In this document: in pieces, positions 12,995 to 27,200 of the stretch
Layout of the letters: every line of letters starts with the position of its first letter
Numbering within the stretch: position 1 is the first letter of the stretch
Source of the DNA: the human T2T-CHM13v2.0 reference genome, Homo sapiens
Reading direction: 5' to 3' (one strand)
NCBI RefSeq assembly: GCF_009914755.1
Contig: NC_060947.1
Length of the DNA stretch: 64,000 nucleotides
The notes under the pieces: model-generated
What the model was told of the DNA's origin: nothing
Database searches by the model: none
The model's input: the letters and a program-made list of their open reading frames with translations, nothing else
Program-made: the position numbers and the translations under genes

Positions 12995-13501
12995 TTACTT
13001 CTGCTCTGATATTGTTATTTCTTTTCTTCTACAGGGTTTGGGTTGGTTTATTCTTGTTTCTCTAGTTCCTTGAGGTGTGACCTTAAATGGTCTAATCGAG
13101 CTCTTTCTGACTTTTTTGATGTAAGCTTTCAATGCTATGATTGTGATAGGTTGTGTCACAATTATTGTTAAGCTAAAAGAATTTTTTAATTTTATTTTGA
13201 TTTCATTGTTGATACAAAGATCATTTAAGAGCATGTTATTTAATTTCCATGTATTTGTATAGTTTTGAGGGTTCCTTTTGGAGTTAATTTCCAGTTTTAT
13301 TACACTGTGGTCTGAGAGGATACTTGATATAATTGTGATTTTCTTAAATTTATCAAGACTTGTTTTGTGACCTATCACATGGTCTATCTTGGAGAATGTT
13401 CCATGTGCTGAAGAAAAGTATGTATATTCTGTAGTTGTTGGGTAGAATGTTCTGTAAATATCTGTTAAGTTGATTTGTTCTAGGCTATAGTTTAAGTCCA
13501 T
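12995..13501 (-). pseudogene. L1 ORF2 endonuclease-domain remnant (longest ORF in the window)
   Basis: APE-like endonuclease motifs SKIDH and SDH are present. The ORF is frameshifted or deleted on both sides. Confidence 0.9.
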
Positions 13502-16500
13502 TGTTTCTATGTTGACTCTCTTGAGACCCGTCCAGTGCTTTCAGTGAAGTGTTGAAGTTCTCCACTATTATTATGTTGCCATCTATATCATTTCTTAGGT
13601 CTAACAGTAATTGTTTTATAAATTTGAGAGCTTCAGTGTTATGTTCATATATATTTAGAATTGTTATATTTTCTTGTTGGACTAGTCTTTTTATGATTAT
13701 ATAATGTCACTGTGTATCTTTTTTTCCTGTTGTTGTTTTAAAGTCTGTTTTGTCTGATATGAGAATAGCTATTCCTGCTTGCATTTCAATTTTCATAAAA
13801 TATCTTTTTTGACCCCTTTACCTTAAGTTTTTGTGAGTCCTTATGTGTTAGGTGAGCCTCTTGAAAACAGCAGATACTTGGTTAGTGGATTTTTATGCAT
13901 TCTGCCATTTGGTATATTTTAAATGGAGCATTTAGGCTATTTAAATTCAACATTAGTAGTATTGAGATGTGAGGTGCTATTCTATTCATTATGTTAGGTG
14001 TTGCTTAAATACCTTTTTCTCCAAAAAAAGTATGTCATTGTTTTGTAGGTCCTGTAAAATTTGTGCTTTATTGAGGTTCTATTTTGGTGTATTTCAAGGT
14101 TTTGTTTCAAGATTTAGGAGTCTTTTTAGCATTTCCTGTAGTGCTCGCTTAGTTTTGTTGAATTCTCTCAGCATTTGTCTGAAAAAGATGTTATCTTTTT
14201 TTTTTTGATTTATGAAACTTGGTTTTGCTGGATACAAAGATCTTGACTGACAATTATTTTGTTTCAAGAGGCTAAAGATGGGACCCTAATTTCTTCTTGC
14301 TTGTAAGGTCTCTGCTGAAAAATCTACTGTTAATCTTATAAATTTTCCTTTATAGGTTATCTGATGTTTTTGTATCACAGCTCTTAGAATTCTTTTCTTG
14401 TCTTGACTTTAGATAACCTGATGGCTATGTGCCTAGGTGATGATTTTTGTCAATAAATTTCTCAGGTGTAATTTAAGCTTCTTGTATTTGGATGTCTAGA
14501 TCTCTAGCAAGGCCAGAAAGTTTTCCTCAATTATTCCCTCAAATAAGTTTTCCAAGCTTTTAGATTTCCTTTCTTCTTTAGGAACACTGGTTATTCTTAG
14601 GTTCAGCCATTAAATATAATTCCAAATTTCTTGAAGGCTTTGCTTATTTTAAAAACATTCTTTTTTCTTTGTCTTTGTCTAATTGTGTTAATTCAAAAGC
14701 CTTGTCTTTGAGCTCTGAAGTTCTTTATTCTACTTGTCCTAGTCTATTGTTGAAACTTGTCCACTGCATTTTATATTTCCCTAAATGTGTCTTTCATTAC
14801 CAGAAGTTGTGAGTTTTTTAATGGTATCTAATTCTCTGGAGAATTTTTCATGCATATCATGTATGTTTTTTAATTTGTTTAAGTTGGTTATCACCATTCT
14901 GTCTTGTCTTTGAGTAGGCTTAGTAATCAACCTTCTGAATTATTTATCTGGAAATTCAGAGATTTCTTCTGGGTTTGGATCCATTGCTGGGGAGCTGCTG
15001 TGATCTTTTGTGGGTGTTATAGAACCTTGTTTTGTCATATTATCAGAATTGCTTTTGTGGTTTCTTCTCATTTTGGAAGACTATTACAGTGGAAATATCT
15101 GCAAGTCAAGGCCTGCTGTTCAGATTCTTTTGTCTCATGGGTTGATTTCCTGATGTGGTGCTCTCCCCTTTACCCCTCGGGATGGGGCTTGCTGAAAGCT
15201 GAGCTGCAGTGATCGTTATATCTCTTCCAGGTCTGACCAGCCAGCAGGGCTATCGGTTTCCAGGCTTGTGCTGGGGAATGTCTGCAGAGTCCTGTGATGG
15301 GATCTGTTGTCAGGTCTCCCAGCCGTGGATACCAGCAACTGCTCTGGTAGAGGTGGCAGGGAAGTTAAGTAGACTGTTAGAGTCTTTGGTTTAGTGTGCT
15401 GGCTTTCTTGAATGCTGGTTATGCTAGCAGTGAAGTTGTCAGGTAGACACTCAGGAGCTCTAGTTAGCCAGGATTTTGTAGGCAATGGAATTAGCTGTTG
15501 TTTTCTCCTTCTTGGGAGCAGGGTGATTCTGTCATGAGTTGCTGAAATGGCCTGAGTTTGTTGGACTCCAGCCAGGAGGTGGTACTTTCAAGACAGCATT
15601 AGCTGAGGTAGTAGTTGGGGTATATGAGCTTGCCCAACACTGGCCAGTGTAGTAATTCTGGTTTCTTAGGTGATGGGTGGGGCCACAAAGCTTCCAACAG
15701 TTTATATCTTTTGTGTTTAGCTATAAGGGTGGGTAGATAAATGCCATAAGGTGGAGGCAGGATTAAGCAGGTCTGTTCTCAGACGCTCCTTGGGCAGGGG
15801 CTGCTGTGGCCACAGTAGGGAATGGAGGGCATTTCAGGCCAATGGAGTTATGTTCCAGAGGGGACTATGGCTGCCTCTGCTGTGCCATATAGTTTGCCAG
15901 AAAAGTGGGAGATCACCAGTAGTAAAAGGCCTCACACAGCTCCCATGAGGCTGGCAAGGCTGGTCTTGTTCCTGCAGTGCCCACTTAGAACTTGATCCAG
16001 GCCTTGAGCTTCTCCAATGAGAAAGCAAACATGGTGACTCCTGTGCTGGTATCTGTAGCAGTTACAGTTCACTCTTTGGATTCTGCTCAAGAAAATTTGT
16101 GCACAGTTGAAATTATTACAAAATTCAATTGGAAGCTTTTTTCACCTGTGACCACTCCCCAATTCCTCTGGCTGTCCTCCCTGAGGGCCCCTGTGAGATA
16201 TAGTCAGGAATGGCTTCCCTGGGCTTGAGCTGGAAACTCTGAGTGCTTATAAGGCTCTTTCCACCACTGTTGCTTCTACTTTTATATTTTGCACAGCTCT
16301 CTAAATCCATTTCAGCTCTAGCTTAGGTTAAATTCTTCTCCCATGATCTGGATTTTTGAATTCACCAATAGGCATTTGTGTTTGGAGGCAGGTTTCCCCC
16401 TTCTCACACTTTGGAAACTCAGTTTTTTGCATCTTGCAGAATTTGCAGTGGCATGCTGCTTCTTTCAAAGGATTTGTGAATTCTTTCAGTTTTCCTGTAT

Positions 16501-16620
16501 GTTTCTGATGCTGTTCTTGGAGCAAAAGTTCACAGTGTGTGTGATTCAGCAGGTTCTGTCCATCCAAGTGGAAGCTGCATGTTAGCTGTGTCTTGTCTCC
16601 ATCATCTTCCTCAGACTCCC

Positions 16621-19530
16621 AATTAAAGTTGAATATTGCATTATAAATAGATTTAATATGATTTCAAACATTGATATAATTCATTGAACTTATAAAATCT
16701 GGTGAGAAGAATACATTATTTTTTGAATGGCATAGAAAAGGTATTACAATACTAACAAATGATTTTTAAAAATAAGAGTTTGTCAACTAGGGCTAGAAAA
16801 AAATAATAATAAATAATCTGTTAATCATCATGATAAAATACTTGAAGTATCCTCATTAAAGTCAAGAGAAGGGAAGAATTACTATTCATATCTACTATTT
16901 AAGAATGCTCTGAGAGATATCATTTGTAATAAGAAAGCATTAGATATTAGAATATTAGAAGGGCAGTATTAAAACTGCCTTTATTTTTGCAGATGTTATG
17001 ATTAACTTTATTTTTAACAAAAATATGAAGAGTAGTTATTTATGACTCCAAAGTTAAAAATGATGATGAGATAAATAAATATAGAAAATAAGAACTCTGA
17101 GTTTTTCCAGAAAATTTTGTTGTAAAAATTATTTTTTACAATATCAAGGTAAGATAATTACAAAATGGTTTTCAAAATATTTTTAAGGCAAAAATGAAAG
17201 AGGTATAAATACTACTAAGTGGACTTCTCTCATGACAATGGGAGTGTGTGCTATTCCAAAACAACTTTTCTGCTGAGAACAATTAGAAAAAATAAAAATA
17301 AAAAACTACATACAGTCTATTTGAAGGCAACAAATAGCTACGAAGTTAAATTTTAAAATACAGAGCAAGATTTAACAGAAACAAGATAATTTAGACAAAT
17401 ATCCATAGTGAGAGATTTAACATAGCTGACTGGGTGTCTAAGAGGAAGAACACACAAAAAACATCTGTTGGAATGTGGAAGATTTAACTTTAACGAAAAG
17501 ATACTGATATACATAATACTATTTTGCCCAACAGCTGCAAAGTACATGTTATTATCCAGTGGTTATAGAACTTTTATCAAATTTAACCATCTGCTGGGCT
17601 GAAAACATGTCTCAGCAAATTTTGTAAGATTGGTATCATGTACAGTCCATTCTTCTACTTACTACAATAAAAATAAGCTAGTAATCAATTACAAAAGGAT
17701 AACTGGAAAATCTCTTAATTCTTTTGGAAAATCAGAAATACTCTGTTGTATTATGTATCAAAGAATAAATCATAATAATATAAAGTATTGTGAACTGAAT
17801 AAAATGGAAATCCTACATCTTAAAATTGGTGAGACACAGCTAAAATACGTGCATAGAGGAAGTTTTGCAGTCTTAAATTCATTTACATAGAAAACCACAA
17901 AGTCAAAAATACAATGATCTGTCTTAAAACATTAAGCATTCACCTTATGACATTAGTAAAAGAACATATAACTAAATCCAAAGAAGAAAGAAGAAATAGA
18001 AACTGAAAACAATAAACTGGCAAGCAAATATACAACAGAGATAATCAGCCATGTCTAAGGTATTTTTTGGAGTATAGAGTAGTAAAAGTGGTAACACTGT
18101 TGCAAAACTGATCAGAAAAAAGAATACACCATGAATACACACAAATTCAGGAATGTATTACTGCATAACTTGTAAATATCAAAACATCTTAAGAGTATAT
18201 TACAAAAAAAAGAGTCGAGCCAATGGATGTGATATTATATGTTAGTCAGAGTGGTTGAAAAACAACAGTTACCAAAATGAACACATGAAATTTAAAAAGC
18301 TCCATATTGACTAAAAATATTTTATTTGCAAATGAATACTTTCTCCCGAAGCAAACTACAGTCGATGTGGATCTGATCAATTCAATCAAATATGTAAAAA
18401 GGTAAAAACAAAATCACTCAAACATAAATATTGTCAGATATCAGAAAAAGAGAAAATATATCACACATTGTTTTATGCAGTCAGCATCATGTATATATCA
18501 AAACTTGCAAAGATGGTCAATGCAAAAGATATCGTACACCAATCTATTATGTATATAGACGCAAACTTTTTAACAAATTATTAGCAAATTGGAATCCAGT
18601 GATAATTATAAAGAATAATATGACACAGAAGTTTTATGGCAGGAAAGCCAGATTGGCTTCACATTCAAAAACCGATCAAAGTACTGAATTAATAGAAAAA
18701 AATATGAATTATTTGGTTATATCGATGAGTGCAGAAAAATTCTTTGATGATATCTAACATCATTTACGATTTAAAAAATGTAATTATGAATAGAAGAGGA
18801 AATCTTTAGTAGATTAATGTTTCTACCAAAACCACAGATCATGTTTGATAGTAAAATGTTAAAAATTTTTCTCTATGAGAACAAAAAACAGACATAAATG
18901 CCTGTTATCCACATATATCTTACAGAGTGATTAAGGTTTTCAGTTTTATAGAGACTAAAATGTTTTTCAGCACATGGGGCTCTCAGTGATAAAACTTGGA
19001 AAGTGCCTGGTAAACTGAAGAGAGTTTGTCATCCTAATTTTATATTTTACTCAAAGTCTTGACGAATGAAACAAAGTGCAAAAGAGAAATAAAGATCTAA
19101 GAATTTATAAGGGATAAATAAAATTTCATTATTCATGGACACATATTTACCTATGTAGAAAATAATAATAGACTGTCAGAATTAAAAAGTGAATCTTTCA
19201 AAACTGAGACAGGATTAAAATATTAAAATCAATTTTATTTCTTTATATTGGAAACAAACAGCTTAAACATAATTAAAAATCACTGACAATCTCATAAAAG
19301 CCTAAAATGTCTAAAACACTTCACAGAAATGTATAAAACATAAGTACAAGATGTTGACATGAAAGATATATTATGGTCTTCAAATTGAAGATTCATTAGT
19401 AAAAAAAAATTCAATACCATGGAAATTATCTCTTCATTCAATATAATCTCAATTAAAATCTGAGCAGGGATCTTTTCTAAAAATTGACAAACTGATTGTA
19501 AAATGTAATATATCAGATTCATGTATCATT
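16621..19530 (+). mobile_element. Highly diverged L1M/L1ME fragments (sense)
   Basis: ttatttttgcagatgttatgatt (LFADDMI-like) near 16985. ORF 18431-18757 ends VISMSAEKFFDDI (ISIDAEKAFDKI-like). A possible short 5'-end piece lies near 17220. Confidence 0.7.
18923..19036. mobile_element. MER81-like hAT MITE
   Basis: 114-bp insert in the L1 with degenerate terminal inverted repeats (cagagtga... / ...tcatccta) and the core ctctcagtgataaaacttggaaagtgcctggtaaactg. Confidence 0.65.
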
Positions 19531-19601
19531 AAAAAAAATAATATAGAAATTTAATTTTACTTTTTTTTCACAAGTATAATTTTCTTCCATTATACATTTA
19601 A

Positions 19602-19968
<367 letters not shown>

Positions 19969-20100
19969 ACATATTCTTTTTGTTTTCGTGCGTAGATATT
20001 TAGACCATCTAAAAACAATGACAGTTTTTGTCTTACTTTTGAAAATGTGAGGCTGTCCTGGTGAGGGATGGAAAAATAACAACAACAACAAAAATTAGGC

Positions 20101-20400
<300 letters not shown>

Positions 20401-20984
20401 TCACTAAACTGCTTAGGATATCCAGGTTAATGTTGAATATGTATTGGGGTAGTAAATATTTCTGTCTTATTCCTTAAATATACTACATAAAAATTATGTT
20501 AAATGTTTTGGTGGCATATTAATAAAACAGTGATATATTAATAAAAGATTGCCTATTTTCTAATTATTTATATTTTTTAATTAATGTGTTTACACAAACA
20601 TTTTAGGAAGTCTTACAAACAAACATTATATATGTAAAATAACTTGTTAGTGTTATGATTTACATTAAAACTTTTTCTAGAATGAAAACATTCATAAATT
20701 CTCTGAATTAAGTTAACAAATATCTTATTTAGAAATTTTTAGTTTATGTCCATAAGTAGATTTCATCTTATGTTTTCAAGATCTAAGTTTCTTGTTTCTG
20801 GTTTTGGTATCAAGGTTATACTGGCATCAAAGCTGATTTGTGCGGTATCTTTTTATTTTCTGATATAATTTAAATAATATTAGATTTTTTCCTCTTATAT
20901 AGTTTGGTAAAGCTTTCTTCTTAAAATGTTCAAGCTATATAGTTTGTTTTATAGAGAGAGAAAGGGAGAGGAAGTTGATTTTGA

Positions 20985-21281
20985 CTTGTTTATTTATTTA
21001 GTTGAGACACAGTCTGACTCTCACCCAGACTGGAGTACAGTGGTACACTTGTGACTCATTGCAGTCCTGACCTCCCTAGCTCAAGTGGTCCTCCCAACTC
21101 AGCCTTTAGAGTAGCTGGGACTACAAGTGCGTGCCACCATGCCTGACTTTTTTTGTATTGTTTGTAGAGACGTGTTTTTGCCATGTTGCCCAGGCTGGCC
21201 TCGGACTCTTGGGCTCAAACTATCCACCAGTCTCGGCCTCCGAAGTGTTGGGATTACAGGTGTGAGCCGCCACCCCCAGCC
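20985..21281 (-). mobile_element. AluJ
   Basis: Diverged antisense Alu with J-type actcttgggctcaaac and gctcaagtggtcctccc. Confidence 0.9.
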
Positions 21282-23689
21282 TATTTAATGTATTATTTGT
21301 TAAATAATTATACTTTTTCACTCTTTCTGAGAAAGTCTGGATATGCTTCATTCATTTTAGAAACTTATCCACTTTATTTACCAACATGTGGGCTATGCAT
21401 AGTAGTGTGTCTATTTCTAAAACATTTAACCTCACAGAATTATTGGCTTCTCATATTTTTAATGTTTTAATGCATTTTAACAAAGGTTTCTTTTTTAATT
21501 TCTTATTTTGTTAGTCTGTTCAAAGCATCAGCTTTGGGTCTTTTTTCGTCTCCTTATTGTTTATTTTATTTTTCTTTATTTTTTCTCTTAACATTATGAT
21601 ATACTTCTATTTTCCTTGAGTTTTGCTGTTGTTCTCTTTCTACCTTCTGTAGTTGGATGCATAATTCATTTCTTATTTGCTAGTAGAAATATGAATCTCT
21701 AAATTTTGCCTTGGCATATTTTTAGTGACAATACACACGTGTTTATGTGCATTAATTTCTTTATTTAATTTAAAATATTTTTATAATTTTATTATGTTTG
21801 ACTCATGAGTAATTTGCAAGTATGGTCTTAAATTTCTATTTTCAAGGGCTTTTAAAGTTATATGTCTTGTAGTATTTTCTCCAAATAACACTAGTCAGAG
21901 AACAAACTGTGTGTGTCATACAAACTGAATTACAAGACTCATATGTGGCTTAAATGTATTATAAATTCCCAGTCGAAAATTTGTTCTTCTCATATTCAGA
22001 ATCAGAGAGGAGATTCTTTGTTCCCTTCATGTGGCTAATGGTTGATTTTTTTTCCTCCATGGTTCACTCTTTTCACTCTTTACTGGAAATATAATACTTT
22101 ATGAGATTCAACATTGTACAATGGAACGTGTGTTGATTCTCCACTTCATATGGGTACAAAACCTTATCTCCCATCCCACTGCTGAAATTGTAACAGGAGG
22201 TCTTAGTTTTTGATATTCCCCTTCCCCATATTCCCATTATCCAAGGTGTCAAGTCACTAGCTTATTTGGTTTTCAGGTCCCTTATTTTTTTCTGGTCACT
22301 AAGAATTTCCTTTATTTCTCATAAGCTCAGCTATGCATTTAATTTTAGAAAATACCTCACTATTTTTGAGAGAGTGGATGCTATGTAGGCCACCAAATTA
22401 TGAGAATTTCTTCTTCTTAAAAATGTTTCTTGGAGATTTTTCCATATTAGCATAGATATGAGGCCTTATGTAGTCTGATGATGATACATCACTCTGTCCT
22501 ATCCCTATACCATTACTTTGTCAAAGCCCACCTGGTGAGCATGTGCCTGTCTGTATTTTTGTGACTAGCGCGATAACATTTATTCTTAGATGTAAATTTG
22601 GTTTGTCAAGGAAAGGACCTCATAAAATTTGACAGATATATTCACATCTTACGCTATAAGAGTGCATCAACAGTAGATGAATACTCTGGTATTTTTCCAG
22701 TAAACTCCTTATTCTTTGTCAATATTTTTAGTAAAGTATAGACTTCCATAGTTACCCCAAAGTTGATTTTTTGAATTGTTAATGACATTAAATATTGATA
22801 CATGCCAATTGGTCATTTATGTCTTTGTTCAAGTTTCTATTTTTTTCTTATTGAATAATGAAAGCTGGTTTTTTTAGCAAAAATGCAGCAAACACACTTT
22901 ATTCTGTTTGTATTAGTTGTTGTGATTTCTTTATGACTATACATGTGAAAAATGATTTAATTGTAAGCATTAAATTGATCAGCACTGTTTCTTGATTGTT
23001 CCTGTTACATGTCAAGTGGTTATTAGTCAGCATAGGCCAGGTGATAATAAAGTGCTAAGCTCCGAATTTCATCGGGTCAAACGACAAAGTGTCATTTATT
23101 ACTTAATACACATGTCAATTCTAAATCCCAGGCAGAACGAGCTTCCACCATTTACAATATCACCAACCATAGTGGTAAAAGGAGAGTTTTGCCTTTATAA
23201 TTGTTTCTATTCACATATGCTTGTTGAAATAATTTTTGTGGTCTCACCTAAATTCAAGAGATTAAGGAAGTGCAACCAAACTGTGTAAACAGAAGACTAC
23301 ATTCAGATATTAGTGAACATTGATAATATGTACCTTGTATTCCTAGAAAGGAATTTCCTCATAGATTATTCTAAAGTTCACTTGTGTGTTTGTGTAACAT
23401 TATCAAAAGATGCCAAATGTCTCATTAAAACATTTTCTTAAACTGGCATTTATTTCAATCTGAATGATGAAATAGAAGTCCTTCTTTGTTACAAAAATAA
23501 TTTATGTTCTGACACTATTTATTGACTAACATATCTTTCACCACTGACTTAAAAGGCCCTTTTATGAAACAAAATTTTAGCTTCCACTTTTATCTATTCT
23601 AACACATTATTTATGTTTCATTAAATATTAAATAGTTTTCATGAAGCTTTATAATATTCAAAAATATTATAATATTCAATAACACAATG

Positions 23690-24265
23690 TTTCTCCAAAA
23701 ATTAAACAGACACTTATACAATTCAGCAATTCCACTTGTCCATATACAACCAAAGGAATTTAAATCAAGTATGTAAACAAATCTTAATAAACTAATGTTC
23801 ACAACAACGATATTCACAATAGCCAAAAAGGTGGAAACAATAGAAATGTCCATTGAAAGATGAATGGATGAACAAAATGTGGTATGAAATAATGTCTTAA
23901 AAAATAAAGGAAATTCTGAGACATGCTTCAACTTGTGTAAACACTGAAAACATATTATGCTAAATGAAATAAGCTAATAACAAAAGGACAAATACTGTAT
24001 GATTCTAATTATTTGAGGTACCCAGATTAGTCAAATTTCTAAAGATAGAAAGTTGAATGATGTTTGCAAAATGATTAGGGATGGGACATATGTGGAGTCA
24101 TTATTTTATGGGCAGAGAGTTTCAGTTTGGAAAAACGAAAGAGTTCTGGAAATGGATGGTGGTATTGATAGCACAACAATTTGAATGCACTTAACATCAC
24201 TGAACCATATACCTGAAAATGATTAAAAAGAAAATTTTATGTTATGTATAATTTACTACACAAGT
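23690..24265 (+). mobile_element. L1MB-like 3' end
   Basis: ORF2 C-terminus and 3'UTR ending gagttctggaaatggatggtggt...aaattttatgttatgtata. Confidence 0.82.
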
Positions 24266-24277
24266 CAATCTTGCTCA

Positions 24278-27200
24278 TTTCTTTTTTATCAAGTTTTTTT
24301 CAAATTTTTTGTTCTATAGTCTTTAGGGAAATAGGTGGCATTTGGTTACATGAGTAAGTTCTTTAGTGGTGATTTGTGAGATTTTGGTGCACCTATCACC
24401 CGAGCAGTATACACTGAACCCAATTGGTAGTCTTTTATCTCTCATCCCCTTCCCACCCTTTCCCCTCAGTCCCCAAAGTTCATTGTATCATTCTTATGCC
24501 TTTGAATTCTCATAACTTAGCTCCCACTTATGAGTGAGAACATATGATGTTTGGTTTCCCATTCCTGAGTTACTTCACCTGGAATAATAGTCTCCAGTTC
24601 CATCCAGGTTGCTGCGAATGCCATTAATTTGTTCCTTTTATGGCTGAGTAGTAATTTCTTTAACCACTGGTTGATGGATGGGCATTTGGGCTGGTTCTAT
24701 ATTTTCGCAACTGCAAATTGTGCTTCTATAAACATGCATGTCTAAGTATCTTTTTCGTATAATGACCTTTTCTTCTGGGTAGATACCCAGTAGTTTGATT
24801 GCTGAATCAAATGGTAGGTCTACTGTTAGTTCTTTAAGGAATCTCCTCACTGTTTTTCATAGTGGTTGTACTAGTTTACATTCTGACCAGCATTGTAGAA
24901 GTGTTCCCTTTCCACCACATCCACACCAACATCTATTATTTTTTTATTATGGCCATACTTGCAGGAGTAAGGTGGAATTGCATTGTGGTTTTGATTTGCA
25001 TTTCCCTAATTATTAGTGATGTTGAGCATTTTTTCATATGTTTGTTGGCCATTTGTATATCTTTTTTTGAGAATTGTCTATTTTCACTTTTTGATGGGAT
25101 TGCTTGTTTATTCTTATTAATTTGTTTGAATTCCTTGTAGATTCTGGATATTAGTCCTTTGTCAGATGTACAGATTGTGAAGATTTTCTTCCACTCTGTG
25201 GGTTGTCTGTTTACTCTGCTGAATGTTCCTTTTGCTGTGCAGAAGCTCTTTAGTTTAATTAAGTTTCACCTATTTATCTTTGTTTTTGTTGCATTTGCTT
25301 TTGGTTTCTTGTTCATGAAGTCTTTGCCTAAGCCAATGTCTAGAAGGGTTTTTCTGATGTTATCTTCTCGAATTGTTATGGTTTCAGGTTTTATATTTAA
25401 GTCCTTGATCTAGCTTGAGTTGATTTTTGTATAAGATGAGAGATGACGATCCAGTTTCATTCTCCTAAATGTGGCTTGCCAATGATCCCAGCATCGTTTG
25501 TTGAATAGGGTGTCCTTTCCCCACTTTATGTTTTTGTTTGCTTTGTCAAAGATCAGTTGGCTGTAAGCATTTAGCTTTATTTCTGGGTTTCTATTCTGTT
25601 CCATTGGTTTATGTGTCTATTTTCATGCCAGTACCATGCTGTTTTAGTGACTATGGGCTTGTAGTATAGTTTCAAGTCAGGTAATGTGATGCCTCCAGAT
25701 TTGTTCCTTTTGCTTAGTTTTGGCTATGTGGGTTCTGTTTTCATTCCATATGAATTTTAGAATTGTTTTTTCTAGTTCTGTGAAGAATGATGGTTGTATT
25801 TTGATGGAAATTGCATTGAATTTGTAGATTACTTTTGGCAGTATGGTCATTTTGACAATATTGATTCTATCCATCTGTGAGCCTGGGTGTGTTTCCATTT
25901 GTTTGTGTCTAGTATGATTTCTTTCAGCAGTGTTTTGTAGTTTTCCTTATAGAGGTCTTTCACCTCCTTGGTTACGTATATTCTTAGGTATTTTATTTTA
26001 TTTTATTTTATTTTATTTTATTTTATTTTATTTTATTTTATTTTATTTTTTGCAGCTATTGTAAAAGAGATTGTGTTCTTGATTTGATTCTCAGCTTGGT
26101 TGCTGTTGATGTGTAGCAGAGCTACTGATTTGTGTACATAAATCTTTATTCTGAAACTTTGCTGAATTCATTTAACAGTTCTAGAATCTTTGTGGAGGGG
26201 CTTCTTTTGTGTTTTCTAAGGTATATGATCATATCATCAGTACACAGTGACTGTTTGACTTCCTCTTTAGTGGTTTGGATGCTCTTTATTATTTTCTCTT
26301 GTCTGATAGCTCTGGCTAGTATTTCCAGTAATATGTTGACTAGAAGTGGTGAGAGTGGACATCCTTGTCTTGTTCCATTCCTCAGAGGTAATGCTTTCAA
26401 ATTTTCTCTCTTCAGTATTATGTTGGTTGTGGGTTTGTCATAAATGGCTTTCATTACTTTAAGGTATGTCCCTTGTATGCTGATTTTGCTGAGGTTTTTA
26501 ATCTTAAAGGGATGCTGGATTCTATCAAATGCTTTCTCTTTGTCTATTTAGTTGATTACGTGATTTTTTTAAAAGAAATTTTGTTTATGTGATGTATCAC
26601 ATTTATTGACTTGCATATGTTAAACCATGTCTCCATCACTGGTATGAAATTCACTTGATCATGATGTATTATCTTTTTAAAATGCTGTTGGATTTGGTTA
26701 GCTAGCATTTTGTTGAGGATTTTTGCATATATGTTCATCAGATATTTTGGTCTGTATTTTTCTCTTTTCATTTTGTGTTTTCCTGCTGTTGGTATTAGGG
26801 AGATGCTGGCTTCATAGAATGATTTCCACTTTCTCTATTTTGTGGAATAGCGTCAATAGGATTGGTACCAATTCTTCTTTGAATGTCTGGTAGAACTCAG
26901 CTGTGTATCCATCTGGTCCTGGACTATGTTTTGTTGGCAATTTTTGTATTACCATGTCAATCTCACTGCTTGTTATTGTCTGTTCAGGGTTTCTAATTCT
27001 TCCCGATTTAAGCTAGGAGGATTGTGTATTTCCAGGAATTTATCCATCTCCTCTAGGTTTTCTAGTTTATGCATGTAAAGGTTTTCATAGTAGCCTTGAA
27101 TAATCTTTTGTATTTTTGTGCTGTTGGTTGTAATATCTCCCATTTTGTTTCTAATTGAGCTTATTTGGATATTCTCTCTTCTTGGTTAATCTTGCTAATG

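Larger units (their letters stand above)
10820..16620 (-). mobile_element. L1PB-like element with 5'UTR, ORF1 and most of ORF2, lacking its 3' end; interrupted by LTR17
   Basis: ORF 12995-13501 is the L1 endonuclease (TDIYRTFYP, SAHGTFSKIDH, SDHS). ORF 12080-12310 is RT ([14 protein letters not shown]). The 5' terminus reads gggagtctgaggaagatgatggag on the minus strand. It is colinear with the L1 at 24278-28746. Confidence 0.9.
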
